Origin: an uncultured Chloroflexia bacterium
GTDB taxonomy: Bacteria; Chloroflexota; Anaerolineae; JAAYZQ01
NCBI GenBank assembly: GCA_963700285.1
Contig: CAVOXA010000015.1
Coordinates: 228,715-292,714 of the forward strand
Direction of reading: 5' to 3'
Length of the DNA stretch: 64,000 nucleotides
The notes beneath the pieces were generated by a model. That model saw nothing but the letters and a program-made list of their open reading frames with translations. It was not told the DNA's origin and did not search any database. Below, one piece after another: positions 59,938 through 64,000 of this stretch. The position numbers and the translations under genes are program-made. Positions within the stretch are counted from its first letter, which is position 1. Every line of letters begins with the position of its first letter.

Positions 59938-60937
59938 ATGAAAATCGCGGTAGATGCAATGGGAGGGGATCGTGCTCCAGCCGTGGTGGTCGAGGGTGCG
60001 ATCCAGGCTGCCCGCGACTTTGGCCTGGAGATCATCCTGGTCGGCCAACAGGCACCGTTAGGCCGAACTAGACAAACATGACACAGCGGGGCTGACGCTG
60101 AGCTTAGAACACGCCAGCCAAGGTGCTGGAAATGCACGAACACCCGGCCGCGGCTGTAAAGGCCAAGAAGGACTGCTCGATGGTGGTCGCCATCGAGCTG
60201 GTCAAGCGCCGCGAGGCCGATGCCTTCTTTACGGCGGGCAATTCGGGCGGCGCGCTGGCGGCATCCCTTTTTCGCCTGGCCGCATCAGGGGCATCCAGCG
60301 CCCAGCCATTTCTACGGTTTTCCCCAGCCAAACACCTCAGGGCTACTGTTTTCTCCTGGACATCGGCGCCAACGCCGACTGCAAGCCAGAGTTCCTGCTC
60401 CAGTTTGCCATTATAGGCCCCATCTATGCCGAACGGGTGCTGGGTATACCCAATCCACGGGGTGGCCATTGTGTCCAATGGAGAAGAAGCGGGCAAGGGC
60501 AGCCAACTGTCCGGGACACCCTGCCCTTGCTGCAGGCCGGACCCTTCAACTTTGTCGGCAACGCTGAGGGCAAAGACATTTCCTGGGGCATTGCCGACGT
60601 GATTGTCACCGATGGATTCACGGGCAATGTGATCCTCAAGCTGGCTGAGGGTGTAGCCAAGTACCTGCTGGACCTGTTGAAAGGAGAGATCACCGGCCGC
60701 CAGGTCTCAAAGGTTGGAGCGATGCTGGCCAAACCGGCTTTTGACGAGGTAAGGCGCCGGCTGGACTACCGGGAATACGGGGGCGCCCCCCTCTTGGGCA
60801 TCGACGGCGTCGTCATCATCGGCCACGGCCGGTCTGATCCACTGGCCATACGCAACGGCATCCGCCTGGCGGCCCAGACAGCCGAGAATGGCGTGGTAGA
60901 GGCCATCACGCAGGGATTGGCCCGCTACGAGCGGTAG
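59938..60937 (+). CDS. plsX: Phosphate acyltransferase PlsX (frameshifted)
   Basis: [54 protein letters not shown]. Confidence 0.92.
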
Positions 60938-61018
60938 AGCAAAGATAGACGATAGACACAGGACCAAGAACCTGGCACACATCACGGTCTTGGCGTGGAG
61001 ATCGGTTCGGGAGCATAG

Positions 61019-62262
61019 ATGAGAGAACGAGACATCAAACAACGAGTTGTTATCACCGGCATGGGGGGGCGCTCATCTTCCCTGAGGACTCTCAAGAGAC
61101 CTGGGAGGGTCTGGTGGCCGGCCGGTCGGGGATTGCCTGATTAATACAGCTCGACGCGAGCATCTTTCCCATTCGCATCGCGGGAAAAGTCAAGCGGGCT
61201 CTCGACCCCGGCGAGTATATCGATTTCAAAGAGGCAAAGCGAATGGCCCGCTGCTCGCAGATGGCGGTAGCCCTGGGCACGCAGGCGATGGCCGACGCAG
61301 GCCTGGGCGACCAGGTACCCGACCCAGAGCGGACCGGCGTGGTGGTAAGCACCGGTATCGGCGGCTTTGAGGTTGCACTCGGGGGCTGGGATCTCATAAA
61401 GCCAGGCTGCGGCGGGTCAACCCCGTTACGGCCGTAGCCTCCCTTTGCAACATGCCGGCCCACCACGTGAGCGAGCGTTTCCAGTGCCGTCTGACAACAC
61501 CACAGTAGTTACGGCCTGCGCGGCCGGTACCCAGGGCATTGGCGAAGCGACTGAGGTAATCCGCAGGGTGCCGCTGACATGATGATAGCTGGCGGGGTGG
61601 AGGGCATGATCCACGAGGTCATGATCGGTGGCTTTACCCGCATGCAGGTTTTGGCCAATGACAACGAGTTCCCGGAAAGAGCAAGCCCTTTGACGCCCGG
61701 CGATACGGCTTCTGCCTTGCAGAAGGCGGCACTTTCATGGTATTGGAGCGGCTGGACAAGGCCCTGGATCGGGGAGCGCGCATCTATGTCGAGGTGCTGG
61801 GCTATGCGGCCAATTCGGATGCCTTCCACATGGCGGCGCCCGACCCCGAGGGGTTGTGCTACGGGTCATGAAGTGGGCGCTGGAGAACGCGGGCGTAGCG
61901 CCGGCCGAAGTCGACTATATCAACGCCCATGGTCCCGGAACGGTGGTCGGGTACCCGATCGAGACCAAGGCCATCCGGGACCGTCTGGCGAGCACGCCTA
62001 CTGGGTGCCCATCAGTTCGACCAAGTCGATGATCGGCCATCCCCTGGGCGGCGCGGGGGCCATCGAAGCCATGGCCTGCGTCAAGACGATCACTGAGGGC
62101 CTGATCCACCCCACCATCAACTACGAGATGGATCCAACCTGTGATCTGGAATGTATGCGCCCAACGAGGCGCGCCGAGGCTGACGTCCGGATCGCCCAAT
62201 CCAACTCTTTCGGGCTGGGCGGGCAGAACGCCTGCCTGGTTTTGGGACGCTACGAGGACTAG
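61019..62262 (+). CDS. fabF: Beta-ketoacyl-ACP synthase II (heavily frameshifted)
   Basis: [47 protein letters not shown]. Confidence 0.88.
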
Positions 62263-62271
62263 GGAAAACAG

Positions 62272-62964
62272 ATGAGGATAATCACGGACGAAGCCCGGAT
62301 TGCCAAGGGAGCCCGCCTGGCAAGTTTGCCACCTTTGCGGGCCTGGGCTTTCTGGTTGGCGGGCTGGCCATCTCCCTGCTCTTGCAGGAAACGCCCCTGC
62401 TGTGGCTCTCTTTTGCCTGCCTGTTGGTAGGGCTGGTGGTTTCGAGCGTGGGCACGGGAAACATGAATCGCTGGGTGCGCGAGCCGCGGGCCGACCAGGC
62501 CCTGGCCCAGGGGCTGAAAGGCTTTGACGACCGCTACTGCCTGTACAATTATACCCTGCCCGCGCCCCACGTGCTGCGGGCCCGTGGGCCTTTACGTGCT
62601 CACGGCCATGGGCCAGGATGGAGCCATCAGCTACGAAGGGGGCAGATTCCACCGGGACTTTAGCCTGACGCGTGTCCTGCGCTTCATGGCCGAAGAGGGG
62701 ATGGGCAAGCCCTTTAAGGAAGCAGACGCCCAAATGGAGGATTCGCAAGTGTTCCTGGACGACAACAAAGTGGGCGGAGGGTGTCGAGATCAGAACATGC
62801 TGGTCTTTTACAACCCCAAGGCCGAGCTGACCGTGTCGGCCCCCCCGCGCCCGGTGGTGACGCCCAAGGGATTAAAGAAAGCCATCCGCAAACAGGAGGA
62901 CGCCAAGCTGCCAGCCGAGCAGCTTGAGGCTCTCCAGGCGCTCTTTGAAGAGGAAGATGCGTGA
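62272..62964 (+). CDS. Membrane-anchored hypothetical protein, possibly NERD-like (frameshifted)
   Basis: MRIITDEARIAKG, two TM segments, LKGFDDRYCLYNY.LPAPHVL..P.GLYVL. Confidence 0.6.
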
Positions 62965-63068
62965 CGTTGGGCAGGTAGCACGATTGCAGGATGACAGGGG
63001 GCTCACGGCCTATTGTGCCGTGGGCCCTTTTCTCGTGGGCTGCTGTGCAAAAGCCCGGACGGGTACTG

Positions 63069-63330
63069 TCACCGTATCCGCCGCCAGGACCGGACCTCTG
63101 TGCTGCTATCCTGATCTTCACCGGGGGCTATTCGGGACAGGCAGTCCTGCACCAACACTGCCTTTCGCACCAAGGATTGTTGCTGGGAACCCAACCTCCA
63201 CGACGCGCATTCACATACCAAGATCCGCTTTGCTCAGGAGTTCGCTGCGGGTCAGCTGCTCCTCACGGGCAACACAGTCGACTTGGGCCAGAAGCTGGTC
63301 GGGTAAGGAAACCATCACGTTCGTCGCCAT
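63069..63330 (-). pseudogene. Degenerate ribbon-helix-helix (CopG-like) antitoxin
   Basis: MATNVMVSLPDQLLAQVDCVAREEQLTRSELL then a stop; a second frame gives AVLVQDCLSRIAPGEDQDSSTEVRSWRRIR; upstream TTGATT-N16-TATAAT. Confidence 0.65.
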
Positions 63331-63404
63331 CACGCACCTCGTGCTGAGCATCATGGCCCTATTATACCCAAAAGCCATGCTCAATCAAGCCAGAACACCC
63401 GTGA

Positions 63405-63572
63405 GCTGCCATTCCCGACCCCGCCGCGTGAGCGCAAACCACAGCGGGAGTCCATACAGCCTGCCACTCCAGCCTTGTCATTCCCGCGCAGGCGGGAATC
63501 CATGCAACCTGCCACTGCAGCCCTGTCGCTCCACCCCCACCGCCGCGAGGGTGAACTACGGCGGGAATCCAC
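63405..63572. repeat. Three tandem degenerate palindromic (REP-like) units
   Basis: Core GTCATTCCCGCGCAGGCGGGAATCCA (63477-63502); flanking units end GGGAGTCCA and GGGAATCCA; linkers TACAGCCTGCCACTCCAGCCTT and TGCAACCTGCCACTGCAGCCCT. Confidence 0.75.
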
Positions 63573-63641
63573 ATCCTCCACTAATGGGCTCAGCACAGCA
63601 ATCATGCGCCAGGCACTTTCCGGGCTGATTGGCTGAGCCAT

Positions 63642-63670
63642 TTGCATTTTTCGGACAGCGGTGCTATAAT
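63642..63670 (+). promoter_or_regulatory. tRNA promoter
   Basis: TTGCAT-N17-TATAAT with TG extension, 14 nt before the tRNA. Confidence 0.7.
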
Positions 63671-63684
63671 TTCCCGGTCGTTGA

Positions 63685-63758
63685 GGGCGAGTAGCTCAGT
63701 TGGTCAGAGCGCATGTCTCACATACATGAGGTCGGAGGTTCAAGTCCTCTCTCGCCCA
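63685..63758 (+). tRNA. tRNA-Val(CAC)
   Basis: Acceptor GGGCGAG/CTCGCCC, D arm GCTC/GAGC, anticodon stem CATGT/ACATG with loop CT-CAC-AT, T loop TTCAAGT; CCA not fully encoded. Confidence 0.93.
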
Positions 63759-64000
63759 CCTGAGTCCCCATAGGTCTGTTGTACGCCTAGTAATGGGGAT
63801 GGCGGATGGGTCTGGGACTAGTTCCACTTTACCCGAGTCCCCGCAGTTGGATTCTCCAGAAATGAAGATGAGCTTTGTTTAAGATATTTCCCTCGTTGCC
63901 CCTGCTCTTCGTGCCTGTCTGATCGAGGCAGCAGAAACTGATTGCGATAACCGTTGATGTGGCAAAGAGTGTCTGCCTAAGCCTTTTGCCGTGGCTGCGT

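Noticed and set aside
59938-62262. Programmed frameshifting or true pseudogenes in plsX/fabF
   Set aside because: Too many scattered indels and no consistent slippery sites; assembly error is more plausible.
63405-63572. CRISPR array
   Set aside because: Units are degenerate palindromes, the linkers resemble each other instead of being unique spacers, and no cas genes are present.

Overview
GC-rich bacterial chromosomal window from an anaerobe; gene content and protein style suggest Chloroflexota/Anaerolineae (inference). Contents in order: (1) a ~16.5 kb minus-strand electron-bifurcation cluster: hdrC, hdrB, double-length hdrA, CBS-ACT, mvhD, FdhB-like Fe-S, hdrA-GltD fusion, DmpA peptidase, RelBE-like TA pair, hdrD-like, hdrA, etfB, etfA. 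(2) glnA, with a divergent 33-aa membrane peptide. (3) A three-gene operon encoding a lysine 2,3-aminomutase fused to a Ddl-like ATP-grasp ligase, a second ATP-grasp ligase and a GNAT; this is the best candidate here for an uncharacterised beta-lysine amide/peptide pathway. (4) TPR genes, comEA, a hybrid kinase and ndk. (5) A secreted four-repeat protein, two tandem B12-radical SAM paralogs, a membrane EEP protein and a DUF2723 glycosyltransferase. (6) A decaying corrinoid methyltransferase trio. (7) NfeD-like gene plus flotillin. (8) A stand-alone nuoB-nuoCD-nuoI module whose NuoI carries an HhH tail. (9) def, tatA, plsX, fabF and others, a degenerate RHH antitoxin, palindromic repeats and tRNA-Val(CAC). 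Four blocks (about 0.1-1.9, 29.7-32.8, 42.5-51.3 and 59.9-63 kb) are dense in single-base frameshifts, most likely assembly errors. No CRISPR array, rRNA or intact transposase was seen. All family assignments come from motif recognition, not database searches.
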